From Alphaproteobacteria bacterium (GTDB taxonomy: Bacteria > Pseudomonadota > Alphaproteobacteria > Rs-D84), in contig JAFSOV010000016.1 in assembly GCA_017443235.1 (NCBI GenBank), positions 9,525 to 73,524 on the forward strand: a stretch of 64,000 bases of DNA, given 5' to 3'. The notes under the pieces were generated by a model. That model was not told where the DNA came from. It saw nothing but the letters and a program-made list of their open reading frames with translations, and made no database searches. A program made the translations under genes and the position numbers. Shown piece after piece: positions 62,681 through 64,000 of this stretch. Positions within the stretch are counted from its first letter, which is position 1. Every line of letters starts with the position of its first letter.

Positions 62681-63931
62681 CTTTTCGTTCATTTTGGCAA
62701 ACGAATATTGCATTTTCAAATGGTTGGCATCGTATGTTTTGTTCATAATGCCAATTGTGTCTTCCACAATAACAATTTCTTCGTTTGTTGGAATCATAAA
62801 GATTTTTACGCGGCTGTCGGGCGCGGAAATTTCGCATTCGCCGGCATCCAAACGCGCCAGTGCCTTGTCGTTCTTGGCCGGGTCAATTTTGATGCCCAAT
62901 TCTTCCAATCCTTCACAATATTTTGCACGCAGGTAATTATCGTTTTCACCAACGCCCGCGGTAAAGACCAACGCGTCAACATGTCCCAGTTCTGCCATAA
63001 ACGCACCGATATATTTTTTGACATTATGAACTTCGATTTCCAACGCCAATTTACAGTCCGGATTTGTTTCGCGGTTGCTTTCGACATCGCGGCGGTCGGC
63101 AAAGCATTTTGTAATCCCCATCAAACCGGAATCTTTGTTCATATGTTTGGTCATTTGTTCCGGGGTCAGTTTCAATTTCTCCATAACATACAGCAACGCG
63201 CCCGCATCAACGTCACCTGGCCGTGTGCCCATAACCAAACCCGCGGTCGGTGTCATCCCCAGTGTTGTATCAACCGCAATACCGTTTTTAATTGCAACGC
63301 CCGATGCGCCCGAACCAATATGCATAGTAATCAGGTTGCATTTGTCCGCCGGCTTGCCCAGCATTGCCGCCGCGCGTTTAGAAACGTACAGGTGGCTGGT
63401 CCCGTGGAAACCATAGCGTCGCACCCCAAGGTTTTTATACCATGCCTCGGGTATTGCATATCTGTATGAACTTTCCGGCATAGTTTGCAGGAACGCGGTA
63501 TCAAACACGGCGACCTGGGTCGCATTTGGCAACATTTGGCGCGCACTTTCGATTCCCATCAGTGACGCCGGAATATGCAGCGGCATCAAATCGCGCCAGT
63601 TTTGAATTTCACGCATAACTTCGTCGGTAATTTCAACGGAAGACGCAAATTTAGAACCGCCCATAACCACGCGGTGTCCAACACCGCGAATTTCGTTCAT
63701 ATCAACCGATGCATCGCGCAACATGCCCATAACAACACCCAATGCATCGTTATGATTTTTCATAGGTACTTCTTTTTTTTGTTTTGTCCCATCGGGATAT
63801 TTTTGTGTGATAAAAGAATCTGGCGAACCAATTTTTTCGACATTACCGCCGACAACTTGTTTTTTAGAATCCGCATCAAAGATTTGATATTTCAAACTGG
63901 ACGAACCACAGTTCAAGGCCATAATATACAT
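62672..63931 (-). CDS. ackA: acetate kinase
   Basis: MALNCGSSSLKYQIFD, ...HLGNG-like and ...VFTAGVGEN motifs. A C-terminal extension of about 25 aa runs into the repeat element. Confidence 0.85.
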   Translation of the reverse strand: MYIMALNCGSSSLKYQIFDADSKKQVVGGNVEKIGSPDSFITQKYPDGTKQKKEVPMKNHNDALGVVMGMLRDASVDMNEIRGVGHRVVMGGSKFASSVEITDEVMREIQNWRDLMPLHIPASLMGIESARQMLPNATQVAVFDTAFLQTMPESSYRYAIPEAWYKNLGVRRYGFHGTSHLYVSKRAAAMLGKPADKCNLITMHIGSGASGVAIKNGIAVDTTLGMTPTAGLVMGTRPGDVDAGALLYVMEKLKLTPEQMTKHMNKDSGLMGITKCFADRRDVESNRETNPDCKLALEIEVHNVKKYIGAFMAELGHVDALVFTAGVGENDNYLRAKYCEGLEELGIKIDPAKNDKALARLDAGECEISAPDSRVKIFMIPTNEEIVIVEDTIGIMNKTYDANHLKMQYSFAKMNEKQK

Positions 63932-64000
63932 ATTCTTTCCTTTTGGTTGAAATTAAAATGAATTATTACGGGGGCCAGTTTAGCACCCACCCCCATGAAT

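Noticed and set aside
1-64000. CRISPR arrays, rRNA genes, integrase or transposase genes
   Set aside because: No regularly spaced direct repeats of 24-40 nt with unique spacers are present. There is no 16S or 23S-like sequence. No ORF has a tyrosine or serine recombinase or a DDE signature.

Overview
This window appears to be bacterial chromosome, probably alphaproteobacterial and possibly host-associated. It has a conserved frr-uppS-cdsA-rseP-bamA cluster in which dxr is missing and skp/lpxD do not follow bamA. It also has lepB-rnc, queA-tgt, era, secG, lysS, ackA, rnj and several large repeat-bearing secreted or membrane proteins that could be effectors. Three tRNAs are present: Ala-GGC (+), Arg-ACG (-) and Gly-GCC (+). 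I found no rRNA and no CRISPR array.

The first ~12.8 kb is a compact T7-like (Autographiviridae-type) structural and lysis module. In order it carries a cell-wall hydrolase, a holin-like protein, a scaffold-like protein, an AKKP-repeat histone H1-like protein, a gp10-like capsid, tail tubular proteins A and B (gp11/gp12-like), a small internal protein, the terminase large subunit and the portal (gp8-like). No RNA polymerase, gp14-17 core or fibre genes, or integrase are visible, so it is either a degenerate prophage or a domesticated particle. Its terminase large-subunit gene is cleanly split between the ATPase and nuclease domains by a 3.35-kb opposite-strand insertion. That insertion encodes a DnaB-family helicase, a dual-HTH CI/LexA-like repressor and an unknown protein.

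The most unusual locus is queA. Its reading frame is kept open across roughly 590 bp of inserted DNA. The insert holds a nested DUF559 (Vsr-like) endonuclease domain with its own RBS and ATG, flanked by three to four copies of a GC-rich palindromic element of ~45-50 bp, which is reminiscent of in-frame palindromic-element insertions in Rickettsia.

Other notable loci:
- A surface-lipoprotein gene (CSSGGGGG linker) lies next to a Slam-type translocator with TPR repeats and a DUF560-like barrel.
- A lysozyme-TPR gene is frameshifted at a T7 homopolymer.
- A HigB/HigA-like toxin-antitoxin pair sits behind a promoter with an operator repeat.
- Two dispersed non-coding repeat families occur. One is a pair of ACAAAAACGTACGTTTTTGT palindromes around a TTTTTTTAGAAA...ATTCAGTAAAATCAA core. 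The other combines TTAGTGG heptad palindromes with a CCCGTCGCGGCCGCGGCA...GCCGGGACGG hairpin.
- tRNA 3'-end duplications lie downstream of tRNA-Gly.

All calls rest on reading the provided translations and sequence; no database search was run.
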